Both the position numbers and the translations under genes were made by a program. Positions 1 through 8,771 of a DNA stretch of 64,000 bases are shown here, piece after piece. Within the stretch, counting starts at the first letter, position 1. Each line of letters opens with the position of its first letter. Origin of the DNA: Pirellulales bacterium (lineage in GTDB: Bacteria > Planctomycetota > Planctomycetia > Pirellulales > PALSA-1355); contig CAVTBU010000005.1 of NCBI GenBank assembly GCA_963733035.1, positions 192,001-256,000 of the forward strand. The letters run 5' to 3'. The notes beneath the pieces were generated by a model. The model was not told the DNA's origin. It did no database searches and was given only the letters and a program-made list of their open reading frames with translations.

Positions 1-853
1 TGGCCACGTCGATGAACTTCCCGGCAAACGTTTCGCGCCGCAGTCGTAGATGTTCGGCAAAGTTTTCCGCAAGCGAACGGGCCAGGTCCGGTTCGTCGTT
101 GGTCACCACCAGCACGCTGGTACCCATCTCGCGGACGTCGGCATAGGGAAAGCCCAGCAGCAAACTGGCCGCCAACACCCGATTGTCGGATAGCAAGTCG
201 CACAGCGCCTCGAAACATTCGCGACATGGTGAGTCGCTGGTACTTTGCCGCTCAATATTGATGGCCAGCGGCGGATACGATGCGGCTTGAGTTGGCTGCA
301 CCTCCCCACGCAAAATTCGGGCCAGCAACCGGGCCGCTTCGACACCCCGATCGCGTTGATCGAGGTGCGGGTTCGTGCGATAGCTAAGAAGCGCGTTGGT
401 GGCACGCAACATCGTTTCCGTCAAGTTGGCATGCAAATCGAGCGTGCCGACGATCGGCATCTGGGGTCCCACGCGCGAGCGCAGTTCGCGGAGCCAGGAG
501 CCGTCCATGTCCGGTGCGTTTTCGGCCACGCCCGCCCCATGCGGTGCCACTAACAGGCCGTCGAGTTGGCCCGCGTTTTTCAACTCGTCGAGCATCTGGG
601 CCAACAGCGTTTCCAGAGTACGAGCCGTGACAACGCCACCGGGCATGGCCCAGGCCAGGAAGATCGGAACCGCTTCGACTTCGGCTTCGGCCAGGCCGGC
701 AAAGAACCCGCCTACCTCGTGGTGCGAGTCGGCATAGGCGTCGCGAATTGCCCGGCCGGTTAGCAAGGCACCTTGTTCAAAATCGTTCCGCGTGGTGGCC
801 CGTTCGCAGAACGTGTTCGACTCGTGCTGCAAGGCAATAATGCCAACCCGCAT
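1..853 (-). CDS. M81 family metallopeptidase (MlrC-like), 3'-truncated by window edge
   Basis: Not in the ORF track; translated by hand from ATG at 853: MRVGIIALQHESNTF...LDGLLVAPHGAGVAE...GTLDLHAN...YRTNPHLD...LLGFPYADV. These match MlrC N-terminal motifs (HESNTF, HGA, LDLHAN, PHxD). Start overlaps the upstream stop (TGATG). Confidence 0.88.
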   Translation of the reverse strand, partial: MRVGIIALQHESNTFCERATTRNDFEQGALLTGRAIRDAYADSHHEVGGFFAGLAEAEVEAVPIFLAWAMPGGVVTARTLETLLAQMLDELKNAGQLDGLLVAPHGAGVAENAPDMDGSWLRELRSRVGPQMPIVGTLDLHANLTETMLRATNALLSYRTNPHLDQRDRGVEAARLLARILRGEVQPTQAASYPPLAINIERQSTSDSPCRECFEALCDLLSDNRVLAASLLLGFPYADVREMGTSVLVVTNDEPDLARSLAENFAEHLRLRRETFAGKFIDVA

Positions 854-1515
854 CAGAGCACTCCATATTTTTTGAAGACTTCGCCGGCTTTGCTGCCGGC
901 GCGGATTTCGTTACGCACGACGTTCTCGGCCGTGACTTTCTGCCAGGCCTTGGCAATCGCTTCGGCTTCGACGGCGCTGGGCACTACGACTGCGCCGTCA
1001 TCGTCGGCCAGTAACAAATCTCCCGGTTCGATCTTCACGCCGCCGATTTCCACCGGCACGTCAACCGCCACCACACGCTGCCGGTGCATGCTGTCGAGCG
1101 GGCACGTTCCCCGCGCAAATACGAGAAAGCCCATTGCACGGGTCGGCGCAACGTCGCGCACCGCGCCATCCACTAGCGCCCCTGCGCAGCCCCGGTTGCG
1201 GGCGGCCGTCGAAAGCAACTCGCCCCAGATACCCGACCGCATCGAACCATTTGCGGCGGCGACGATCAACTCGTCGCGTTCGCACTGGTCGACCGCTTGC
1301 AGCTCGAGTTCATAGGGCCGCGGATCGTGGTGCTCCACGTCTTCCCACAGCGTCGGCTTGGCGCGTCCGATGAGCAGCCCCGCGCCGCTTTGCCTGGGCA
1401 ATGAGATACCGAGCGATTGGTGACGCAGCCCGAGCGCGTCGAGAACATCCGCCACGACGGCCGTATACAGTACGGTGCGCAGGCTGGGAATATCTTGCGG
1501 GGCGTCGGCGGTCAT
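853..1515 (-). CDS. RraA family protein / HMG-CHA aldolase-like
   Basis: Motifs TAVVADVLD, GIWGELLSTAA, GALVDGAVRD, IEPGDLLLADDDGAVVVP. Confidence 0.9.
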   Translation of the reverse strand: MTADAPQDIPSLRTVLYTAVVADVLDALGLRHQSLGISLPRQSGAGLLIGRAKPTLWEDVEHHDPRPYELELQAVDQCERDELIVAAANGSMRSGIWGELLSTAARNRGCAGALVDGAVRDVAPTRAMGFLVFARGTCPLDSMHRQRVVAVDVPVEIGGVKIEPGDLLLADDDGAVVVPSAVEAEAIAKAWQKVTAENVVRNEIRAGSKAGEVFKKYGVL

Positions 1516-1785
1516 GGCGCGTGGGGGAGGTTCGATTGCCAGGGAGATGGCCCGCGGGCACCAAGCGCGAATCCGCCATCTTTCGCGCTGCCCGACTGGC
1601 CCGCAGTATACACGCTTTGTCAGCCGTGTGCAGCCGCCGGGCGCGATTGTAGCGTCATTGCCGGCTGCGCCGCCCCCCAGCGGACGTCATCGTTGCGCTT
1701 TGCTGAAGCCTGATGCGCTAAACGTGGCGTATGTTTCTTGGGGCAGAGCCCTGGTAGAAGTGAAAACGAAACCATGGGGTGAGTA

Positions 1786-2157
1786 ATGGCGATGCGGGCA
1801 GAAGAAAAACCAACGCTGATTTCGCCGGGCAAGGCGATCTATCAGTTGATCGTCGAAGCCAAGGCGGCTCTCAAAACCGACCGTCGTGCGGAAGTGCGAT
1901 ACGCGTTCTTTCGGCCGGTCTCGGTCGAACTGGACGATGGCCACCGCTACTCGGCGTTTACGCGCGAAATCTCCGAGACCGGCATCGGCCTGATCCACAA
2001 TATGGATCTCCCCGAGGGCGAGGTCGAAGTCAGCATTCGTAGCGATTGCGGCTATTCGATTCGCGTGCGAACGAGAGTCATCTGGTGCCAATCGTGCGGC
2101 GAAGGATGGTACATCAGCGGCTGCCGTTTTATCGGCATCGCCTCGATCGGCCGCTAG
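1786..2157 (+). CDS. Stand-alone PilZ domain protein (c-di-GMP receptor)
   Basis: RxxxR (DRRAEVR), (D/N)xSxxG variant (EISETGIGL) and C-terminal VIWC...GWYISGCRF, typical of planctomycete PilZ proteins. Confidence 0.8.
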   Translation: MAMRAEEKPTLISPGKAIYQLIVEAKAALKTDRRAEVRYAFFRPVSVELDDGHRYSAFTREISETGIGLIHNMDLPEGEVEVSIRSDCGYSIRVRTRVIWCQSCGEGWYISGCRFIGIASIGR

Positions 2158-2599
2158 GAGAGTTCCCCACCAAAAAATAAATCGGCCGGCATCGAGGCAC
2201 GCTTCAACGAGCGGCCACCGGCACTCCGCGAAACCTCTTGGCGACGGCGGCCCGGTCCGCTCTTTTCGTCCGATTCGGCCGTTGTCCCCACGCGGGATAT
2301 CGGTCGGGTTCTGCGAAAGGGTCGGACCGGGCTCCTCGCTTTTTACGGCGCCGACTCTTGCCCGAAGCGGTGCTGAGACTCGCCGACCCTTTCTTCTCTA
2401 GCCGCTCCAGATCGGAAACGAAATGCACGGGCGGCCCGATCCGCTGGAGCTGTCGCACCGGGCCGCCAGCACACGAACCGATTGGAATTGCTGGGCGTTC
2501 CGCGGCGTCCGTCGAGAAAGCATGGATTTCAGCGGCCCCCGTCGGTACGATCCAGGCTGCCTTGAACGACTTCGGGACCCGGCACAAAGAAAGACACCG

Positions 2600-3544
2600 A
2601 TGAAATCTTGCCTCTCCCTTTCCCTCGCGGCCATCGCATGCTCGGTCGCCCTGCCCCTCCAGGCACAACATCGGCTCATTACCCAAGGAGACGGTCAACT
2701 TGCCATCGTCGGGCGCGACGGGCAGGTCGAATGGCAAATGCCCTGGGGCGGAATTCACGATCTGCATGTGCTGCCCAATGGCAACATCATGGTGCAACAG
2801 GGTGCCAGCAAAGTCGTCGAAATCGACCGCGGCCGCCGCGAGGTCGTCTGGTCGTACGACTCGGCTATCTCCAACGGCAACAAAGGCCACAAGGTCGAGG
2901 TGCATTCGTTTCAGCCGCTGGACGACGGCCGCGTGATGATTGCCGAGAGCGGACCGGCCCGGATCATCGAAATCGATCGTCAGGGTCGGCTGCTACACGC
3001 CGTCAAGCTCCAGGTCAACCATCCGCATCCCCATACCGACACTCGCCTGGTGCGTAAACTGTCCGATGGCCACTATCTCGTTTGCCACGAGGGAGACGGC
3101 GTGGTACGCGAGTACGATCAGGCCGGAAACGTGACCTGGCAGTTCGACGTGCCGCTGTTCGGCAAGCAGCCCCTGCCGGGTCACGGCCCCGAGGCCTACG
3201 GCAACAAGTGCTTCGCGGCCGTTCGCCTGCCCAGCGGCAACACCCTCGTCAGCACCGGAAACGGCCACGGCGTGCTCGAAGTCACGCCCGAGAAGGAAAT
3301 CGTCTGGCAGCTCCAGCAGCGCGACCTGCCCGGCATCACGCTGGCCTGGGTCACGACGCTCGAAGTTCTTCCGGGCGGCCACCTCGTGCTGGGAAACTGC
3401 CACGCCGGCCCGGGCCAGCCGCTACTCGTCGAGCTCGACCCCAAGACCAAACAGGTCATCTGGACGTTCAACCAGTACGAAACCTTCGGCAATTCCGTTT
3501 CGAACTCGCAGATTCTCGATGCGGGCAAGGATACGCTTCGCTAG
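2600..3544 (+). CDS. Secreted beta-propeller protein (PQQ-like / arylsulfotransferase-like repeats)
   Basis: Signal peptide from ATG 2600 (MKSCLSLSLAAIACSVALPLQA). Repeated LPNGNxL...VVEID...VVW blade motifs. Confidence 0.8.
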   Translation: MKSCLSLSLAAIACSVALPLQAQHRLITQGDGQLAIVGRDGQVEWQMPWGGIHDLHVLPNGNIMVQQGASKVVEIDRGRREVVWSYDSAISNGNKGHKVEVHSFQPLDDGRVMIAESGPARIIEIDRQGRLLHAVKLQVNHPHPHTDTRLVRKLSDGHYLVCHEGDGVVREYDQAGNVTWQFDVPLFGKQPLPGHGPEAYGNKCFAAVRLPSGNTLVSTGNGHGVLEVTPEKEIVWQLQQRDLPGITLAWVTTLEVLPGGHLVLGNCHAGPGQPLLVELDPKTKQVIWTFNQYETFGNSVSNSQILDAGKDTLR

Positions 3545-3584
3545 TCGAGCGTGACGGCGTGCCGTTTTACCGAATGCAGTCAAC

Positions 3585-4226
3585 GTGGATATTCGCACAA
3601 GCTACGATTCTGCGGCCGAGGCGTACGCTGAACATCTCGCTTCCGAGTTGACGCAAAAGCCACTTGACCGTCATTTGCTTGATCGGTTTGCCGAAGAAAT
3701 GCGCGGCCGCGGTCCGATTGCCGACCTGGGCTGCGGTCCTGGACACATTGCTCGATATCTTCATGACCAGGGCGTTGACGTCTTTGGAATCGATTTTTCC
3801 GCGGAGATGATTCGAGTCGCAAAGAGCCGCAACCCTGGCATTGAGTTCCGCGTTGGTGATATGAACCGGCTTGAGCTGCCCGACGGATCTCTCGCGGGGG
3901 CCGTCGCGTTCTATTCCATCGTCCATCTGGATCCGTGCGAGCTCCCTCAAGTCCTGCAGGAGCTCCGGCGGGTCGTCGTTGCCGATGGCCTGGCGCTCGT
4001 CGCGTTTCATATCGGCGACCAGGTAGTTCACGTTGAAGAATTGTTCGGGGCGAAGGTATCGTTAGACTTTCGCTTTTTTGAGCCCAGCAAAGTTGTCGAA
4101 GCGTTCCAATCTGCCGGTTTCAAAGTCATTGAGCACGTCGAGCGTGAACCCTACGAGAAAGCGGAGTACCCAAGTCGACGGTGTTATCTCCTGGCAAGGA
4201 CTACCCAAAAAGAGCAAGACGAGTGA
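3585..4226 (+). CDS. Class I SAM-dependent methyltransferase
   Basis: Motif I IADLGCGPG, GIDFSAEM, VGDM, FYSIVHL. GTG start. Confidence 0.9.
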   Translation: MDIRTSYDSAAEAYAEHLASELTQKPLDRHLLDRFAEEMRGRGPIADLGCGPGHIARYLHDQGVDVFGIDFSAEMIRVAKSRNPGIEFRVGDMNRLELPDGSLAGAVAFYSIVHLDPCELPQVLQELRRVVVADGLALVAFHIGDQVVHVEELFGAKVSLDFRFFEPSKVVEAFQSAGFKVIEHVEREPYEKAEYPSRRCYLLARTTQKEQDE

Positions 4227-4396
4227 TTATTTGCGCGAGGGTCGCCCCTTAGCCGTAACTTTCAAGTTACCGGCGAACACAGGTTTGTCTCAGTCCCGCT
4301 GTCGGGCCCCTTCGCGTCTCGCGGCGCTTTGAGCGTTGGATGAACAACGGACATCGACCACGACCAGCTGTACCGTTCGCCTGCCACCTCCCGCTG

Positions 4397-5695
4397 CTAG
4401 TACGGAATCGACAGGCTCATCGTCGCGAAATGAGCGTTGGCCCGATACGTGCTGCCGTTGAATTGGCCGCCAATCAGGGAGCTGGTGCCGACGTGTCGGG
4501 GGTGGCCGTGCGAGTACTGATAAGCCGCGTTGAAGATGACTCGCCGCAATTTACGACTGAAGCCAATGCTGAACACGTGTTGTCGCACGCCACCGAGGAA
4601 CGGATTGAACGTCGAGTCGGGTGCCGGGCTCGGTTGATAGTCGTAGCCGAGGCGGAGCACGTCGACATCACTAAGATCGGCCTCGTAACCGAGTCGGAAG
4701 GCGACCGTGTCCGTCCACCTGAGCGGCACATCCTGATTGACTGGCAGCGACCCGCCGGCGGTGGCCAGCGCTGCTCGAATCGCCGGGTTGCTGGGGTCGT
4801 ACAACACCAGGTTGATGTCGCTGAAGGCATGGGCCCAATCGGTCCACACCATGTCAACCGCGATCCGGCGGTGGGGGCAAAGGTCGTGCTTGATGCCAAT
4901 GGCCACGCTGCGCGGCCAGCGAAGGTGGATCTTGCTGTCAAAGCGGCTCGCGATAAACGAGCCGTCGAACAGCGTGGCGTTGGTCGCCCCGTGCATCCAA
5001 AACGTACTTTGCGACGTGTAGGTGGCACCAATCCGAGTGTTTTCCGTCAGTTTGTACTGCATTCCAAAAGCCCCGACCGGTGCCACTCCGGTGCCGCGCG
5101 TATCGAGCAGCGCCGGCGTGCCGGCCAGCGAGCCCGATTGCAGAAAGGCGGGCCCGTTAAATGCGGCATACGACAAACCGACGCCCAGGGAAAGCCCCAG
5201 CGCCAAGCGGTCGGTGGCGCGATACGCCATCGCCGGGACTAGCTTGACCAAGGCTCCCTTCGAGCTCGACAGGCTGGGCCCGAAGGTCGGATTGTTGAGC
5301 GCGCCGTAGCTGGCGCCGAAGGCGGACGGAGCAAACAAGCCGACGCCGAACGCCCATTGACCGCTGGGCGTCTTCCTTGTGATGCCCAACACCGGCCCCG
5401 GCTGGGGTCGCACCTTGGCATTGACATCGTTGCCGTAGGAATCGGAGTAATGGCTGGTGGAGATCGCCGTGGCAACACCGAGTTCAATCAGGCCGTCCCC
5501 ATCCACGTTAACCATGCTGGCCGGGTTATCGAGGATCATCTCCGCGTTGTCGGCGAAGGCCTGGTTGGCGCCGCCGCGGCCGGTTGGAATCGGCCCCAGG
5601 CCATCGCGACTGAGACTGCTGGCCCGTACCGCAACGGCACTGCAGAACCAAATCCCGGCCAGCAGAATCGCAGCCCTCAGGTGGCGAAGCTCCAT
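4397..5695 (-). CDS. Outer-membrane transport protein, OmpP1/FadL/TodX family
   Basis: Signal peptide, then GRGGANQAFADNAEMILDNPASM (FadL N-terminal hatch/NPA motif), amphipathic beta strands and an aromatic C-terminus. Start taken at MELRHL (5695). Confidence 0.82.
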   Translation of the reverse strand: MELRHLRAAILLAGIWFCSAVAVRASSLSRDGLGPIPTGRGGANQAFADNAEMILDNPASMVNVDGDGLIELGVATAISTSHYSDSYGNDVNAKVRPQPGPVLGITRKTPSGQWAFGVGLFAPSAFGASYGALNNPTFGPSLSSSKGALVKLVPAMAYRATDRLALGLSLGVGLSYAAFNGPAFLQSGSLAGTPALLDTRGTGVAPVGAFGMQYKLTENTRIGATYTSQSTFWMHGATNATLFDGSFIASRFDSKIHLRWPRSVAIGIKHDLCPHRRIAVDMVWTDWAHAFSDINLVLYDPSNPAIRAALATAGGSLPVNQDVPLRWTDTVAFRLGYEADLSDVDVLRLGYDYQPSPAPDSTFNPFLGGVRQHVFSIGFSRKLRRVIFNAAYQYSHGHPRHVGTSSLIGGQFNGSTYRANAHFATMSLSIPY

Positions 5696-6542
5696 CGGAT
5701 CGGCCCTCTCCGTCGCCTCAATGACACTGCGCACAGGCGGCAAAACCCCCGAGCTTACCTAACCGGAACACTCGAGGCGCAAGTTGAAGGGTTGTATAGA
5801 CTTGATCGTCGATCCCCCCAGGCTGACTCGAAAGAATCGCCGGAAGAACTGCTACAACCCGTCCCATCGGACGCTGCAAAGCCAGCCTAGGCCGCCGCGA
5901 CCGGTCCATGTTCGGGTGCTTTGCTGGCACGCCGACGCAGCAGGGAAATTGTGGACACAAGATCATTGCGCCGGATGCCGTATGGCAGGCCCGATCGATG
6001 GACTTACCCATTGTTGCCCGCCGCTGAAAGATCGGCGCCGCTCGTCTCCCCCGCGGTTTGCATCCCGACAAAAACTGAATCGAATTCCGCGCTTGAAATC
6101 GGGCCAGCACCTGCGGCATACTCACCCGCGGTCGGATGGCCTGCGACGTGTGGACGAGCAACAAGCCTGGGACCTTGGTTGTCTTGTCTTTGGAACCTGC
6201 CCATCCCCGCCGACACGTTTCGGCGGCACGAGGATTACGGGGTTCGCTTGCGTCCACATGTTCGCCGCTTGGCCGCGCAGATACGACGGCGCCGGGGATA
6301 CCACGGCGCTGCAACTTGCGCGGCAGGTCTGGCTGTCTTTGCCGCACGAAGGTTTTTTAGCCTGGCTTGGCGGTGGCGGAAGCCGCCGTCACTTGACGTA
6401 CTGGTAAAACGAGTGCTTCGTGCTGCATGCCGCGTGTCGCGCCGCTCGGTCGATGGCCGAGGAGTGACCAACCATTAACCACTTTCAAAGTCCAATCCCG
6501 GCTCAACCGAGCACGACACGCTTCTGTTTTTAAAAAGCGTCC

Positions 6543-6588
6543 AACCAAACGCCGCGCGCACCCTTGCGCGCTGGCGTTTGGTTTTTTT
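6543..6588 (+). terminator. Rho-independent terminator-like hairpin
   Basis: AACCAAACGCC-GCGCGCA-CCCT-TGCGCGC-T-GGCGTTTGG followed by T7. Confidence 0.65.
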
Positions 6589-6591
6589 CAC

Positions 6592-6640
6592 TTGTACTCC
6601 ATCATCCACTCGCTAGAATGAACAATATACATATTCATTC
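6592..6640 (+). promoter_or_regulatory. Sigma70-like promoter of the P450-TetR operon with overlapping inverted-repeat operator
   Basis: TTGTAC (6592-6597), 16 bp, TAGAAT (6614-6619). Inverted repeat GAATGAA-N11-TTCATTC (6616-6640) in an AT-rich island 30 bp upstream of the ATG. Confidence 0.6.
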
Positions 6641-6670
6641 ATTATTCATTTTGGGCTGGAGGCTCAAGTC

Positions 6671-8083
6671 ATGAGCGGTCCATCGTCCGCCGTTGCCCAT
6701 CCGCAGCATGCCGGTCCGTCCGCGGTCACAAGTTCTGGACCCGCGAAAATCTGGCCCGAGGTGCGCGGTACGCGTCTGCTCGGTTGCTTGCGGCAGGTGC
6801 AGAACGAGCCGTTGTCGCTCTACCGAAATGCCTGGCAGAAGCACGGCGACTACATTAAGTTTCGCGTCCTGCCGAAAGTCTACATGTACCTGCTCGCCCA
6901 TCCCGCGGCGATCGAGTACGTGTTGCACACGAACCTCAAGAACTATCGCAAACCCGACTCATTCAACCATTCGGTGCAGCTGCTGGCGGGCAATGGCATT
7001 CTGACCAGTGAAGGGGAATTCTGGCGCACCCAGCGGCGGCTGATGCAGCCGGCCTTCTCGCGCAACTCCGTGGCTTCGATCGGCGTGCACATGACGGATT
7101 CGCTCGGTCGCTTCGTCGACGAATGGAGCGCGGCCGGCGACGCCCGCCAGGTCGACGTGCTTCCCGAGATGATGCGTCTGGGCTTGCGAATCGCCAGCCG
7201 CACGCTGATGGGCACCGACATCAGCGACGACGCCGACGCCATTGGCCAGGCCTACCGCACGACGTTTGAATACGTCAGCCTGAAAATGAACGGCCACTTG
7301 ATGTTCTCGCCGCTCTGGCTGCCGACCCGCCTCAACCGCGAGTTCCGCGCGGCCAAATCGCTGTTGGATGGTGTCGTAATGGATCTGATCGCCCGCCGGC
7401 GCCGGGAGCCGGAGCACAACGACGTGTTGGGGCGGCTCATCGCCGCGCAAGACGAGGAGTCGGGCATCGGCATGACCGACTCACAACTGCGCGACGAAGT
7501 GATCACGCTGCTCACGGCCGGTCACGAAACCGGCGGCGCGGCGCTTTCCTGGGCCCTCTATCTCCTTGCCAAACATCCCGATGCGCAGCAGCAGCTGCAC
7601 GACGAGGTACATGCGGTGCTTGAAAATCGCCCCGCCTGCGTGACCGACCTGCCCCAGATGCCGCTGGCCACGGCTATTTTCGAAGAAACGTTGCGACTCT
7701 ATCCGCCGGCGTGGGGCATGCCGCGTGAAACACTGGCCGCCGATGAGGTCCTTGGCTATCCGATCCCCGCCAAATCGACCCTGATGCTCTCGCAGCTACT
7801 GGCCCACCGGCATCCCGATTTCTGGAGCAAGCCCGATCAGTTCGATCCGGCGCAGTTTCTCGGCACGCACGATCGGGCGAAGTTCGCGTACTTCCCGTTT
7901 GGCGGCGGTGCGCGTATCTGCATCGGCAACCATATGGCGATGCTCGAAGGACCGCTGGCGCTGGCCACCTTGGTCGATCGGTTTCATTTCACGTTGGTGC
8001 CGAATCAACAAATCGTGCCCGACCCCACGTTCACCCTGCGACCCAAATACGGCGTGCAACTCGTCGTGCGAAAGCGATCATGA
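6671..8083 (+). CDS. Cytochrome P450
   Basis: I-helix AGHET, K-helix ETLR, heme motif PFGGGARICIG. Confidence 0.97.
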   Translation: MSGPSSAVAHPQHAGPSAVTSSGPAKIWPEVRGTRLLGCLRQVQNEPLSLYRNAWQKHGDYIKFRVLPKVYMYLLAHPAAIEYVLHTNLKNYRKPDSFNHSVQLLAGNGILTSEGEFWRTQRRLMQPAFSRNSVASIGVHMTDSLGRFVDEWSAAGDARQVDVLPEMMRLGLRIASRTLMGTDISDDADAIGQAYRTTFEYVSLKMNGHLMFSPLWLPTRLNREFRAAKSLLDGVVMDLIARRRREPEHNDVLGRLIAAQDEESGIGMTDSQLRDEVITLLTAGHETGGAALSWALYLLAKHPDAQQQLHDEVHAVLENRPACVTDLPQMPLATAIFEETLRLYPPAWGMPRETLAADEVLGYPIPAKSTLMLSQLLAHRHPDFWSKPDQFDPAQFLGTHDRAKFAYFPFGGGARICIGNHMAMLEGPLALATLVDRFHFTLVPNQQIVPDPTFTLRPKYGVQLVVRKRS

Positions 8084-8706
8084 GCAAAGAGCAGGCAATT
8101 GTCGAAGCGGCCGCCAAGCGATTTCGCCACTACGGCATCGGCAAGACCACCATGCAAGAAATCGCCCAGGACGCCGGCATGGCCGTGGGGACGCTGTATT
8201 TGTATTTTGCCAACAAGGACGCGCTGGTCGTGGCCTGTGCCGAGAAGTTTGCCGAGCGCCATCGCCGCGAAGCCGCCGAGGTGCTGGCCTCCAAGGTTCC
8301 GGCCGACATGAAGCTGCGACGTTACATCCTGGCTCGGTTTCGCCAGACCGAGGAAACCCGCACTGCCTCCCCCCACGCCGCGGAGATCACCCGTGCCGTG
8401 TTGCGGGTCAAGCCCAATCGAATTCAGGAAGACGGGATGATGATTTGGGAGGTCGTCGTCAAGATCCTCGCCGAGGGCAACGCGGCGGGGCTATTTCGAG
8501 TGGCCGACCCGCGGCGCGATGCGAAGGTGTTTCTGTACTCGTTGGCGGCGTTCTTTCCCAATGCGCTTTCTCCGCCGCCCGTCGAGCCAAAGGAAGTCGA
8601 CCTGATGCAAGTGATTGACTGGTTTCTCGACGTGTGGAAGACGGGATCTCGCACCAAGTCTACAAGTGGTCCGCGCCGCCGAACAGCGCGCTTGCGCGGA
8701 AAGTGA
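8080..8706 (+). CDS. TetR/AcrR family transcriptional regulator
   Basis: HTH TTMQEIAQDAGMAVGTLYLYFANKDAL. ATGA overlap with the P450 gene. Confidence 0.95.
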   Translation: MSKEQAIVEAAAKRFRHYGIGKTTMQEIAQDAGMAVGTLYLYFANKDALVVACAEKFAERHRREAAEVLASKVPADMKLRRYILARFRQTEETRTASPHAAEITRAVLRVKPNRIQEDGMMIWEVVVKILAEGNAAGLFRVADPRRDAKVFLYSLAAFFPNALSPPPVEPKEVDLMQVIDWFLDVWKTGSRTKSTSGPRRRTARLRGK

Positions 8707-8771
8707 ACCCGACAACGCTTGCCGGTGTCTTGCGGGCGTTCGTCTTCCGTCAACCCGCATGAGGCATACGT

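Noticed and set aside
5784..6407. 207-aa + ORF and 209-aa - ORF in the FadL-P450 spacer
   Set aside because: Arg/Pro/Cys-rich, non-protein-like composition, with no RBS or recognisable domain.
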